A stretch of 64,000 bases of DNA from an uncultured virus (IMG/VR IMGVR_UViG_3300046653_000062). Its lineage: Duplodnaviria; Heunggongvirae; Uroviricota; Caudoviricetes. Within the stretch, counting starts at the first letter, position 1. Every line of letters begins with the position of its first letter. Location: the IMG/VR virus record IMGVR_UViG_3300046653_000062; one strand, given 5' to 3'. The translations under genes and the position numbers were made by a program. The notes beneath the pieces were generated by a model. That model saw only the letters and a program-made list of their open reading frames with translations, was not told the origin of the DNA and made no database searches. Of the stretch, positions 1 to 9,177 are shown in pieces.

Positions 1-159
1 GCCGCGCCCATCGCAGACCTGACAATCCTCGTACCCGTAGCCGCCGCAGGACGGGCATTTCCCGCCGTGGGCGTCCCGGCCGGAGCCTCCCGCGCATCCG
101 CTGCACTGTTGGGTTCCTGAACCTTCACAAGAAGGGCAGGGCTCGTATTTGGTTCCCAT
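1..159 (-). CDS. DnaJ-type zinc-finger protein (runs off the window)
   Basis: Manual translation from ATG at 159: MGTKYEPCPSCEGSGTQQCSGCAGGSGRDAHGGKCPSCGGYGYEDCQVCDGRG; four CxxC motifs, three of them CxxCxGxG; not in the ORF track. Confidence 0.75.
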   Translation of the reverse strand, partial: MGTKYEPCPSCEGSGTQQCSGCAGGSGRDAHGGKCPSCGGYGYEDCQVCDGRG

Positions 160-161
160 GA

Positions 162-904
162 TCAGCTCGCATATGTTTCGAGTTCAGCCACGAACTCATT
201 GAATATCTCTTCTAAAATATCAACCGGATAAGTGTTCACCGTGTTGAAACGATCGTGCTTCGTCTTGCTGGTAAGCATGCCTTGCTCCCGGCAAAGCTTG
301 CTAGCCCGAAATCCGAGCATCTTAAGCGTGTCTATGTTCCAGTTGGCTCCGCGAAAACCGCAATACGCGGACATGCTGTATTGGCTGTCGTCGCGGGGAC
401 CGGCGATCTCGACATGACGCTGAACCTGCTCGGCGATGGTAAGCGCTTTCGTCGCCGTGCGGTCCATGTCGTCTTGACGTCCTTCGATAGCGTCAATCCT
501 GCGTCGCTGAACAAGAAGGGTTTTCGCGGAATCGATAATCAGCTCTTCCATGGTCTTTGGCTGAGCGGAGTAAGAGCCAGTTTTCCTGATCGAGGGGATA
601 ACCTCGGAAGTGAGCCATTTGCGAAAGGTCTTCGCTTGCGGCTTATCGGAACGGATAACGAGGCTCCATAAGCCGGATTCACTGACAACGGTAAAATTTG
701 GGTTTCCGCCCAGTCCTGGGGTTCCATCCGTCAGGCGGATGGAACCTTTTTCGTCGTCATCGAGGCGAGGCGAGACGCTGCGTTTCCGGTATTAGCGATT
801 TCCAGCACTGAACACACGTCGGCGAGAACGAACCACGGCTCGCCGTCCCGGTCGAGAACCCGGATTTCGACGACTCCAAATTTGAATGGAATGATAGCGG
901 TCAT
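162..904 (-). pseudogene. BRO-N domain antirepressor-like gene, frameshifted by a 5-bp duplication
   Basis: ATG at 904 with GAGGG RBS gives MTAIIPFKFGVVEIRVLDRDGEPWFVLADVCSVLEIANTGNAASRL, then an extra GCCTC (~762-772) shifts the frame. The other frame continues DDDEKG...SESGLWSLVIRSDKPQAKTFRKWLTSEVIPSIRKTGSY into ORF 162..551. Confidence 0.85.
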
Positions 905-999
905 GATGACAGCCCTCTGTTGCTGTTGGCTCTGGTGAAAGGACGCGGAAAGCGGCCAGAGTATCCGCCGTGTCGGGTGCCCCCTATCCGCGCCACACC

Positions 1000-1028
1000 C
1001 TTATCGCCGGTTCCCGGCCGCCCGTCAA
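1000..1028 (-). promoter_or_regulatory. sigma70-like promoter for the BRO operon
   Basis: Minus strand TTGACG-N17-GATAAG directly upstream of a structured leader. Confidence 0.55.
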
Positions 1029-1039
1029 GACCCTTCCAA

Positions 1040-1500
1040 AAAAACACGGGTCCACGGGTAAAAAAAATCTCTACAGCTCTACCGTATAGGGGGATTAGAT
1101 TTTACGTAAATTTATCGTTAGATTTTAGTTAAAATCCCATCACCATTTCACTCTTTTTTCTGCTCAGCTCCTCAATAGGAATTTACTCGTGTTTACTCGT
1201 GTTGTTGATCAGTAAGATATTGAAATGCAATGATAATCTTTTTAAATCGGGGGTCGGATACCCACGTTTTTACCCACGTTTTACCCGCGTCAGCTACCCG
1301 TGTTGCCCGTGTTGCTGGAGCCTAAAAACGCTAAAACGAGAATCTGTTTAAACAGACCCGGATAAAAATCTAATTAAATTTAAAAATCTAATTTAGCAAT
1401 CTAACGATAAAAACTGCGTAAACGCACAGAACACGGGTATCCCAACACGGGTGACCCAACACGGGAAACCCCTGTTTTTGGGGCTTACCGTGTTCCAAAA
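1040..1500. repeat. Iteron-like repeats, putative replication origin
   Basis: AT-rich non-coding tract downstream of the primase-helicase, with many direct and inverted copies of ACACGGG/CCCGTGT and variants (tacccacgttt x2, tttactcgtg x2, caacacggg x2). Confidence 0.65.
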
Positions 1501-1521
1501 CCAATAGATTTTCACTTAAAG

Positions 1522-4398
1522 TCAGGACGGCGCGACCTGGGGTTTGAGGCGGATTCCCGTGAACCGGCCCCCGCGCCGTGGGTCGCCAACTCCTCCGAAC
1601 TTGGCCCCCATAGCCTCTTTCAGGCGTCTGACAGACCAGACCCGGTTCGCCGTCTTCTCCTGGCCCTGTTCCCGCTGCCATGCCTCGTAGCGGGTGAAAA
1701 AGTCGGCCCGGCTCATCTCGTAGTCGGCCTCTTGTCCGTCCGGCGCAATCTCGCACTCGTCTTCGATGAACGCCGTGATCGGCGCCCCCTCGCGCTTGAT
1801 CTCGCCCAGCTCCTCTTTGGCCAGCGGGCCGAGGGTGAACCGCTTGTTCCTCAGGACCCGCTTTAACCCTTCAAGAGCCCACAGGAAAATCCCCGGCAGC
1901 TCGGCGCGGAACTTTTCGTCAAGCTCGGTGTCCTCTTTCCCATAGAACGATTGCTTGAAGCGCAGCGGCACATAACGCCGGGCGAGCGCCCCGGAGGCGT
2001 CGGGGATCGCCGGTATCTCGTTCGCCGCGATAACGATGGTGCAATCCAGCGTCTCGTGGAGGAACTTCTTGTTCTTGCGGTTGATGGAGACCTGATCGCG
2101 CCCCGAGATGTTCAAGAGAAGCGTCTTCAGCTCATCCTTGTCGGTCTTCCGCCCTATGTTCAGGTCAGGGATCATCATAAGGCGCTTGCCGATGAACGAC
2201 TGAAGGCCGAACGTCCCCACGAGCGAGCTGGCCGAGGTCGAGCCGACGTTATATTTGCCCGCAAGCATGCTCATCAGCCTGAGCACGGTTCCTTTGCCGC
2301 CTCTCGACGCGCCCAGCAGCAACAGAATGTTTTGGATGTTTGAGACGTTGGCCAGCGCGAACCCGAGCGCCTCCTGGAGGGAGGTCGAGAACTCCTCGCA
2401 CTCGGCTTCGTCCACCCACACTTCATGCCGGAACTGATGCAGGCGGGCGGGCTCTGGCGCATGGGGGTCATAATGGAAGTCGAGGGCGTTGCGGGTGAAG
2501 AACCAGGGGGAAGGGGCTTGGAACTGGCCGGACCAGATATGGAGGACGCCGTTGCGGAAAGAGATGTACTCGGAAGCCGGGGCCATGTTGGCGGCGTTCT
2601 TGAGCCACTTCGGTCCGCCTGACAGCTCCTCATTCTCCGCGCAGACGTCGGCGAGGAGGGACATGAGGGCGTTGACGTGCTTTGGCTCGGGGTGGAAGGG
2701 CGAATCAACATAGGTCGGTTCTCCTGGCGCGCCGTCCGGCCCTGGTTTGCCTTCCTGCTTCTTGCGCACGAAGCTGTTGGCGAGGAACGCCGAGGCGTCA
2801 GAGTGCAGGATTTCCGTGCTGACTTCGACGTAGGCGGCGCCGTCCCACGTCAACCAGTCCTGGCTCATATAGATCAGGAAGGGGTAATGCATCGCGCGGA
2901 AGGTCACCGCCGACTCACGTGGCCGGGCGGGCGAGATTGGCGTTGCGGAGCCAGCTATCTGATGATCGCCGTGGGAACGTATCCTGACTTGTTTTTCAAG
3001 AGGGGGCATAACGCCGTCCGGCCGCCGTTTTTCACTGGCTGCATGGTCCCCGCCGCCCGCGCCGCCGACAGCCGGCTGAATTGGATCGGGTTGTTTAAAC
3101 GCCCCCGCGGTATGGCGCGCTCCGCTGGCTGAAACCCACGAGGGGATCGCGACGGGAGAGCCGTCGTCATGGAGGCGGCGGGCCGCCCGTTTCCCGGCGT
3201 CCGACAACCTCCCCCGCCATCCCGGCGCCGCGCGGTCGGCGGCTTTGAACAGATGCCCGCGGCCGAACTCGTGGCCGTTCGGCCGCCTGTAATTCCACAA
3301 GGTGGTGAAATAGCGCTGCTCGTCGTGTCCGGCGAACTGGTGGGCGTGGGCGAAGGCGATTCCGGACACCCGCTGGTCATGGGCGAACCAGTCTTGCAGG
3401 GCGCGGATTGACCAGTGGACTTCCTTGAAGACGTCGGGGGACATGAACTTGCGCTGGCCGCGCAGGCGGAAATCATAGTCGGGGTCCAGCGCGATAACGG
3501 CGGCCTCGATCGCTTCCAGGTCGCCGTCCTCCACGTCCGTCCAACTGATTCCATAAAGGCCGTCCGACAGCATCGACCCGGGCGCGAACGGGTCGCCGAG
3601 GGCCGCCGCAGGCGCGCCGCCGGTTTTCTGCTCGATGGGACGGGAGATTTCGGCGAGCAGCCACAGAGGGGCCTCACCGAGAGGGGCGGTTCCGAGAAAC
3701 TCGTAATACTGGCCTGACTTATGCAGGGAGCCCGGCGCCGCGATGTAGCCGATATCTCCCAGCTTGATATCGACGCCAGCGCCGAGCGTCTTTTTGAACG
3801 CGCCTTTCCAGCCCATGGGGACGAGATAGATCAGGTGGCGTCCGCCGACAGCGCGGCCGGGGACTACGCGGCCTGATTTCACCGTCATCGTAGGGGGGAG
3901 CGGCTGATGGGCGGCCTCAAAGGCGCGGATTGTCGCCTCGCCGTCCTTCTCGGGGTCCTCGTCGCCATCGATATCGAGAGCGACAATCCACCGCTCGATA
4001 ATTTCTCCGGCTGGGTTGCGCCACTTGATCATATGGCCGAGCCCGATATTCGCCCCTGGGTGCTTCCCCCACGCGGCCCTGATCTCCGCTTCACCCCATG
4101 TTGCGTTTTTATGACCATGAAGGAAATGCGGCGCGATGGCCAGCGGGTGCTTGCCGATTTGTTCGCAGCATCCCCGGTCAAACGTGTGCTTCAGCCCACG
4201 TTGTTTTTCCTGTTCAGTAAGGTCTTTTACAAATCTGCCAGCATGGCAAGAACAGGTGAACCGCCCTGACTGTTTTGGGGCTTTGCTCTTAAAAGAGCTT
4301 GACAGACGGGGGTAATGTAGGGGAAAAACGGAGAAACCCGCTCTCGCAAATTCTAAAGCGGCTTGCAGGCGGCTTTCTTGCGGTTGGGTGGTCGTCAT
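1522..4398 (-). CDS. Bifunctional prim-pol primase / D5-type SF3 helicase
   Basis: N-terminal Prim-Pol motifs (VFPL, GKHP, ANIG, ALDID, GRHLIY, APGSLH); C-terminal Walker A GASRGGKGT, ISGRDQVSINRKNK, ALARRYVPLRF. Confidence 0.9.
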   Translation of the reverse strand: MTTTQPQESRLQAALEFARAGFSVFPLHYPRLSSSFKSKAPKQSGRFTCSCHAGRFVKDLTEQEKQRGLKHTFDRGCCEQIGKHPLAIAPHFLHGHKNATWGEAEIRAAWGKHPGANIGLGHMIKWRNPAGEIIERWIVALDIDGDEDPEKDGEATIRAFEAAHQPLPPTMTVKSGRVVPGRAVGGRHLIYLVPMGWKGAFKKTLGAGVDIKLGDIGYIAAPGSLHKSGQYYEFLGTAPLGEAPLWLLAEISRPIEQKTGGAPAAALGDPFAPGSMLSDGLYGISWTDVEDGDLEAIEAAVIALDPDYDFRLRGQRKFMSPDVFKEVHWSIRALQDWFAHDQRVSGIAFAHAHQFAGHDEQRYFTTLWNYRRPNGHEFGRGHLFKAADRAAPGWRGRLSDAGKRAARRLHDDGSPVAIPSWVSASGARHTAGAFKQPDPIQPAVGGAGGGDHAASEKRRPDGVMPPLEKQVRIRSHGDHQIAGSATPISPARPRESAVTFRAMHYPFLIYMSQDWLTWDGAAYVEVSTEILHSDASAFLANSFVRKKQEGKPGPDGAPGEPTYVDSPFHPEPKHVNALMSLLADVCAENEELSGGPKWLKNAANMAPASEYISFRNGVLHIWSGQFQAPSPWFFTRNALDFHYDPHAPEPARLHQFRHEVWVDEAECEEFSTSLQEALGFALANVSNIQNILLLLGASRGGKGTVLRLMSMLAGKYNVGSTSASSLVGTFGLQSFIGKRLMMIPDLNIGRKTDKDELKTLLLNISGRDQVSINRKNKKFLHETLDCTIVIAANEIPAIPDASGALARRYVPLRFKQSFYGKEDTELDEKFRAELPGIFLWALEGLKRVLRNKRFTLGPLAKEELGEIKREGAPITAFIEDECEIAPDGQEADYEMSRADFFTRYEAWQREQGQEKTANRVWSVRRLKEAMGAKFGGVGDPRRGGRFTGIRLKPQVAPS

Positions 4399-4425
4399 AT
4401 ACGCTCCTATCGATTGATTGATGAC

Positions 4426-4467
4426 AAAAATTTACCCCTCAGGTATCCAGACCTGAGGGGTTTTGTT
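4426..4467. terminator. Intrinsic terminator-like hairpin upstream of the primase gene
   Basis: acccctcaggt-atccag-acctgaggggt stem with A/T runs on both sides. Confidence 0.55.
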
Positions 4468-4728
4468 TTAGTATGGTGATTTAGTTGGTATTGCGCGGCC
4501 AAACACAAAATCCCCACATCTATGGTACATCTGAGTCAGGGGCCAAAATGTTGCAGAATCTCGTACGTCCTCAGGATGTTGCCCCTGTATCGGACGCGGG
4601 GAATTTTTCACACATTCCCCATAAATAGTTTCCCCACAAATAGTTTCCCACTTAATCCAAAAGCTACAATTTTTGCATATAGCCGATTGGTCGTCCATGG
4701 GCTTCTCCTGGCTTCCGGTTGAGGGCAT
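4468..4728 (-). CDS. Small Cys-rich hypothetical protein
   Basis: CKNC...GEC...WP...CGDF pattern; start may be the second Met (MDDQ) after AGGAG. Confidence 0.6.
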   Translation of the reverse strand: MPSTGSQEKPMDDQSAICKNCSFWIKWETICGETIYGECVKNSPRPIQGQHPEDVRDSATFWPLTQMYHRCGDFVFGRAIPTKSPY

Positions 4729-4817
4729 GGAGAACCGCCGGTGAAGCCTACCAGCGGGTTTCGGGGGGCGCCTCCCTATCCATGGCCGCCAGTCCGAAAA
4801 CCGGCGACAGGACGCGA

Positions 4818-4960
4818 CGTTATGCCGATCACGTCAACCGCGTCAACCTATTCAAAAGCGCGTTGAATGCAATAAAAATGTTGACATAGCCGTTTTTACG
4901 AGAAATTCCCGAAGGGGAGATATTTTTCTTGCGATCCCCCCCGCTCTGGTCTATGGATTC
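4818..4960. promoter_or_regulatory. Divergent sigma70-like promoters
   Basis: Minus: TTGACG-N16-CATAAC. Plus: TTGACA at ~4881 and TTGCGA...TATGGA at ~4929. Lies between divergent gene blocks. Confidence 0.5.
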
Positions 4961-5011
4961 GGTGAACGATAACAATTCGTCGTTAATCACTGAAAATTGG
5001 AGTAGGGAAGC

Positions 5012-5608
5012 ATGAAACAGATTGAATTTAACCCTGCGTGGGCTGTTGAGGGTCACAGTTGCGATATATGCCCTGAGTCCACGAGGGACGCCGGAATCTA
5101 TCTTTGCGCGTATCACGGGAACCGGAAGGCCGCCATGGGCGCCGAGGCCGCCAGCGACGATGAGTCGCGTGTCCTTCTCCACCGCGTTAGGGTCGAGGTT
5201 CTGGGGGGAGACCCCGAAGTTCGGCAAAAGCTCCAGGAAGCCTTGCAGCGCGATCTCGTTGATGATTTCGCGGAGCCGTCCGTTATGAGCGAGAGGGTTA
5301 ACGATATCATCAGCAATGTGATGCGCGGTACCGAGGAGAAGAAGGAAAAGAAACCTCCGTTAAACGAAATTATGGAGTTTCTTTCGTCGAAGGACCCCGA
5401 AGATTTCTTCCGCAAGAAGATGCTTTCATCCATTAACCTCATGAATACTACAGTCGCCTCCATGGGTACTGTTGCTACTATCATGAATATGGACGCCGAG
5501 CTGGTTAAGGCGCTCGACGCAGCGTCCGGCGCCGTTAAGGCGATCAAGGAAATGCTTGAGAAAAGCCGCGTCGACCCCGAAAACCCGGCCGCCCCGGCGG
5601 ACCATTGA
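5012..5608 (+). CDS. Hypothetical protein
   Basis: 198-aa ORF with GGAG/AGGG RBS; first gene of the rightward block. Confidence 0.7.
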   Translation: MKQIEFNPAWAVEGHSCDICPESTRDAGIYLCAYHGNRKAAMGAEAASDDESRVLLHRVRVEVLGGDPEVRQKLQEALQRDLVDDFAEPSVMSERVNDIISNVMRGTEEKKEKKPPLNEIMEFLSSKDPEDFFRKKMLSSINLMNTTVASMGTVATIMNMDAELVKALDAASGAVKAIKEMLEKSRVDPENPAAPADH

Positions 5609-5976
5609 TGCGGGTCACCCGAGAGAAGAGCGCTGGCGCGCTCTTCATTCTTTTCATGCAGGTAGGTTCCAATAGCCCGCGTGGAAAAGTCACGGTCGAC
5701 CTGACCCAGGTCCAGGCCATATCGAGGCCGGACGTCAGCGGCGCCATGGTGAGGCTTCTGGTGTCTGGAGCCTGGGTTCACGGTCTCCTGGTCGAGGACG
5801 AGTTCTCTCACCCACCCGGCCTCACCATTGACGAAGACACGAAGGCCAAAATGAAAGCCGTCTGGCTGAAGCGCGTTGATCACGCGTATGACGCGCTCGG
5901 CGAAGCCTGGGCCGCCGCTTTAGCCCCTCTATATAAAATGGAGGTCCCGGGTGGACGAGAATACAGAGGAAAGTGA
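5605..5976 (+). CDS. Hypothetical protein (VxDL...W paralog family)
   Basis: Coupled ORF; VTVDLTQVQAI...YDALGEAW. Confidence 0.6.
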   Translation: MMRVTREKSAGALFILFMQVGSNSPRGKVTVDLTQVQAISRPDVSGAMVRLLVSGAWVHGLLVEDEFSHPPGLTIDEDTKAKMKAVWLKRVDHAYDALGEAWAAALAPLYKMEVPGGREYRGK

Positions 5977-6226
5977 CCTCATCGGCGGACTCGCGGTGTC
6001 CGGGTCTCGGCTCGTCGCTATAGCGATCTGGGTTTATCTCATGGTCGTGATCGTCATAGGCGCTGTCGGCGATCTGCTTCACTGGCAAGTTCTGCTCAAC
6101 ATAGCGTCCATCGGGGCGATGGTGTTTCTCATCGTCGCAGGCGTCCTGATTCTCGTCGTCGCCTGCATCGCATTCGTCGCGGGCGCCGTCGCCGTCGTGT
6201 CCAATATCCGAAAGGTTCGAAAATGA
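5951..6226 (+). CDS. Small two-TM membrane protein
   Basis: GTG start after GGAGG; two long hydrophobic segments and a basic C-terminus. Confidence 0.7.
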   Translation: MDENTEESDLIGGLAVSGSRLVAIAIWVYLMVVIVIGAVGDLLHWQVLLNIASIGAMVFLIVAGVLILVVACIAFVAGAVAVVSNIRKVRK

Positions 6227-6696
6227 AGAACGTCGCCGAGTTCATCGAACACGCCAGCACGCGGGTGTATATCGACCTCGACGCGGTCACCTGCATAGAG
6301 AGAGTTGTTGACCCAACACGGTTGACCATCCTCATTCCATTCAGAAGATATGACAATATCCGGCCTGTGGCGGCCGTGACTCAGACCCCTGAGGAAGCCG
6401 TAGAGTCGGTCCTGAACCGTTGGTGGTGTGGTCACGGACGCCCGGAGATTATCCAGGTGTTCGCGGGGTGCGATGGCCCTGTAACCAGGACAGGCCCCAC
6501 GTACCTCGATCTGTCGGACTGCTGGACGTTCTCTGTGGGGTCGTCCATTTACACCGGCCCCTACGTCGAGGCCATCATGAAAGGTAAAAACGCCGTCCGC
6601 CGTATGTTTTTCATCGAGAAGCCTGAGAATATCAGCTTTGACAGTCACGCAGAGCATTTGGTCAGGCTCTGGAGAAAGGCGAAGGGGGAGTTATGA
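6223..6696 (+). CDS. Hypothetical protein with two copies of the YIDL...W domain
   Basis: ATGA overlap; RVYIDLDAV...VLNRWW and TYLDLSDC...LVRLW. Confidence 0.7.
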   Translation: MKNVAEFIEHASTRVYIDLDAVTCIERVVDPTRLTILIPFRRYDNIRPVAAVTQTPEEAVESVLNRWWCGHGRPEIIQVFAGCDGPVTRTGPTYLDLSDCWTFSVGSSIYTGPYVEAIMKGKNAVRRMFFIEKPENISFDSHAEHLVRLWRKAKGEL

Positions 6697-7280
6697 CAAA
6701 ATTCTACGCGAAGGTTACGGCGATGGGGAAAGGGTTTTCCCGCTACATCGCCGTGGACCCTGAAAGGCGCCGGATGGACGCCGGTCTCGTGTTCAAGACG
6801 ACTGGCGAACGTGCTCAGGCCCACCAGTTCTCCACCGAGGAGGAAGCCGAGTTCGCCGCCCGCGCGCTGCTGAAGGATCGTTATGGAAAACCTTTCAGCG
6901 GGGGCATAGACAAGTTCGTCATCGAGCCTGTGCGCCGGATGGACGCCTTTATGGACTTTCACAAGAAGCTCGGCGACGAGATCGTTCAGGAAAGCGCCGC
7001 GCAGTTCATGGAGACGTCGAAGGGGGCTGGCCCCGCTGGCTCAGCGTCCCCAGATACTTGCCCATCATTTGACTGGGAGGACGCCGGAGAGGACCTTTAC
7101 GCCAGTCTCGCGGCTGTCATCGATCAGATTGATTATACGAATCAAGCATGTAGCCCGTTCGAGATGATCGGCACATTACTTGATCCAGTTTTGATCGAGC
7201 AGGCGAAAGAGCGCTTGTCGAAGTGGATGGACCTCAGACTTAAGGCGAAGTCTCAGAACGGCGACGGGGTTGGTGGATGA
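6693..7280 (+). CDS. Hypothetical protein
   Basis: ATGA overlap; GGGGAG RBS. Confidence 0.7.
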   Translation: MTKFYAKVTAMGKGFSRYIAVDPERRRMDAGLVFKTTGERAQAHQFSTEEEAEFAARALLKDRYGKPFSGGIDKFVIEPVRRMDAFMDFHKKLGDEIVQESAAQFMETSKGAGPAGSASPDTCPSFDWEDAGEDLYASLAAVIDQIDYTNQACSPFEMIGTLLDPVLIEQAKERLSKWMDLRLKAKSQNGDGVGG

Positions 7281-7588
7281 TCAAGAAGGACACGATCATC
7301 GGGTTCAAGACGACTATTGGCAAGTTGAAAGATGGCGATCTTGTCTATTTTCATGATACCAGCAACCCGTCAGGGACGATTCACAGCATCATAACAGTTG
7401 AGGTCGGCCCTGGCGTGATTAGGGAGATACACCCTAATCCGAACTGGCGGTTTCTATTGATGGAGACACAAGAGCGGGACCAAACGAAGTACACGTTTCT
7501 TCCGCACCACTGCTCACATAGCTGCTATAAACGAGTACGCGCCGACGAGATCGCCGCGCTCATAACAGACGAGAAAGAAATCCTGTGA
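7277..7588 (+). CDS. Hypothetical protein
   Basis: ATGA-coupled 103-aa ORF. Confidence 0.65.
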   Translation: MIKKDTIIGFKTTIGKLKDGDLVYFHDTSNPSGTIHSIITVEVGPGVIREIHPNPNWRFLLMETQERDQTKYTFLPHHCSHSCYKRVRADEIAALITDEKEIL

Positions 7589-7818
7589 TCGTTGCATTTC
7601 AAAGCCGTTACGATGCTGAAACGACAGTGTATATCGACCTTAGCGCCGTTGTCATGATTACGTTTGATAACGAAGAATTTGAGATCGACATATCCTCGAC
7701 AACAGATCCGGACTCATACACCCGCGTCAATATTATCCTCGACAAGGAGGATGAAACGTCTGAGCAGGCCAAGGCGCGCATTCTCAAGCTGTGGAACATC
7801 GCAAGAAGAAGGATCTAA
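7585..7818 (+). CDS. Hypothetical protein (YIDL...W paralog family)
   Basis: GTGA overlap; TVYIDLSAV...ILKLW. Confidence 0.65.
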   Translation: MIVAFQSRYDAETTVYIDLSAVVMITFDNEEFEIDISSTTDPDSYTRVNIILDKEDETSEQAKARILKLWNIARRRI

Positions 7819-7819
7819 T

Positions 7820-8179
7820 ATGATCGTTTGCCAGTACGAGTTGCAAGAGTGGGTTCAGCTCACCCCTTCGGAGCGAGACGCCATCCGCCTGGGGTTCAAC
7901 ACGTTCAAAGTCCCCGATGGCGCGCGGCGCTGGTTTGAGACAGAATGGGCGTGGCTGATGCAGAAGCAGCGTTACGAGATGGAGCGCGACCGTGAGCGCC
8001 GGTTCACCGGCCGCCGTGTCTCCCCCTCCCTGGACGAGCTTATTTTTCTGGAGGCGTTTAAACGATGGTCGACGCCTCCGAAAAAAGACGAAAGACGAGC
8101 GAGAATTATGTTGCGTCTCGCCGTCGACTGGCTTAAGGATTTGTTCAGCGGGAACATACACCCCCTAGCCTCCCGCTAA
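7820..8179 (+). CDS. Hypothetical protein
   Basis: ATG at 7820 after AAGGA; 3' part of track ORF 7664..8179. Confidence 0.6.
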   Translation: MIVCQYELQEWVQLTPSERDAIRLGFNTFKVPDGARRWFETEWAWLMQKQRYEMERDRERRFTGRRVSPSLDELIFLEAFKRWSTPPKKDERRARIMLRLAVDWLKDLFSGNIHPLASR

Positions 8180-8300
8180 CCCCTTCGAAGTCATGCCCCT
8201 GGGCTGGGTTCCCACACACCCAGCCCAAAACTTTCAAGTATTGGGCGGTGCGGTCCATCGCACCTTTATAGTTCACAGCCAACTGGAAAGGGAAGTTCCT

Positions 8301-8939
8301 ATGGCCACTAGAAAAAATCCTCTGGTCTGCAACTATTGCGGGATAATTGACGCCTTTGAGCGCGATAAAATTTCAATGGAGTGCGCCAGGGCGAACGCCG
8401 CAGTTCCTTTCGGAGGTGGTGGCAAGTCTAACACTATCCTGGGTCTTACCGCTGACCGGGTTATTATTGACGATCCCATGGAGGCTGACGCCTTCAAGCT
8501 TCCGGCTAAGGTCACTCCGGAGACGATCCAAGCTGCTGGCGAGAAGTTCTTTGCCGAAAATGGGGCCGACGCCCATTTCTACCCCATGCCGAAAGTTGGC
8601 TCCACAACCAAGATGCGCCTGTCCGAAATGATGGAGGTCGCTGAAGCGCTTCAGAAGCAGCTCGCGGCGTCGGTAAACGACTCCCTTCAGGATATGACCC
8701 GAGACGTATTTCTCTACGGCTTTGGGGCTCGCAAACTATTCGTGGATACCTCTTCTCCCGCAGAGAAAGACACTTCTGCCAAGGGAAGGCTTGTCGCCTT
8801 CACCGGCAACTCGTCTTGGATCGACAGTGAAAACAAGACGGGCCTCCGCGACACGTCTCTGAGCGCAGGCTGGGGACTTATGCAGCCCAGCCGAGAGCGC
8901 CTGCATAAGTCCCGTCGTCCGAAGCGTTGCGGGTGGTGA
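8301..8939 (+). CDS. Hypothetical protein with terminase-like and portal-like peptides
   Basis: ATG at 8301 after GAAAGGGAAG; contains GLTADRVIIDDP and DVFLYGFGARKLFVD. Confidence 0.6.
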   Translation: MATRKNPLVCNYCGIIDAFERDKISMECARANAAVPFGGGGKSNTILGLTADRVIIDDPMEADAFKLPAKVTPETIQAAGEKFFAENGADAHFYPMPKVGSTTKMRLSEMMEVAEALQKQLAASVNDSLQDMTRDVFLYGFGARKLFVDTSSPAEKDTSAKGRLVAFTGNSSWIDSENKTGLRDTSLSAGWGLMQPSRERLHKSRRPKRCGW

Positions 8940-8940
8940 C

Positions 8941-9177
8941 ATGGCTCGGCCTGGGGAAGCTAAGACCGGCCGAAGGGCGGCGAATAGCCGTCTTATCGAG
9001 GACGCCATGAGGGCGGCTCTGAAAGACGGCCCTGTCAGTTCATCAAAAATGATAGACGTGTTCACCCTGTACTGGGGGATGAACTACCATAGCATCAGAT
9101 ATCACGCCGTATGCGCTGGCGTGAAGTTCGTGGGAAAAAATCCGAGGGCTCGCGTTTGGGAGCTTTCCGAGAAGTGA
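8941..9177 (+). CDS. Small basic hypothetical protein, possibly DNA-binding
   Basis: 78-aa ORF adjacent to the previous stop codon. Confidence 0.55.
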   Translation: MARPGEAKTGRRAANSRLIEDAMRAALKDGPVSSSKMIDVFTLYWGMNYHSIRYHAVCAGVKFVGKNPRARVWELSEK

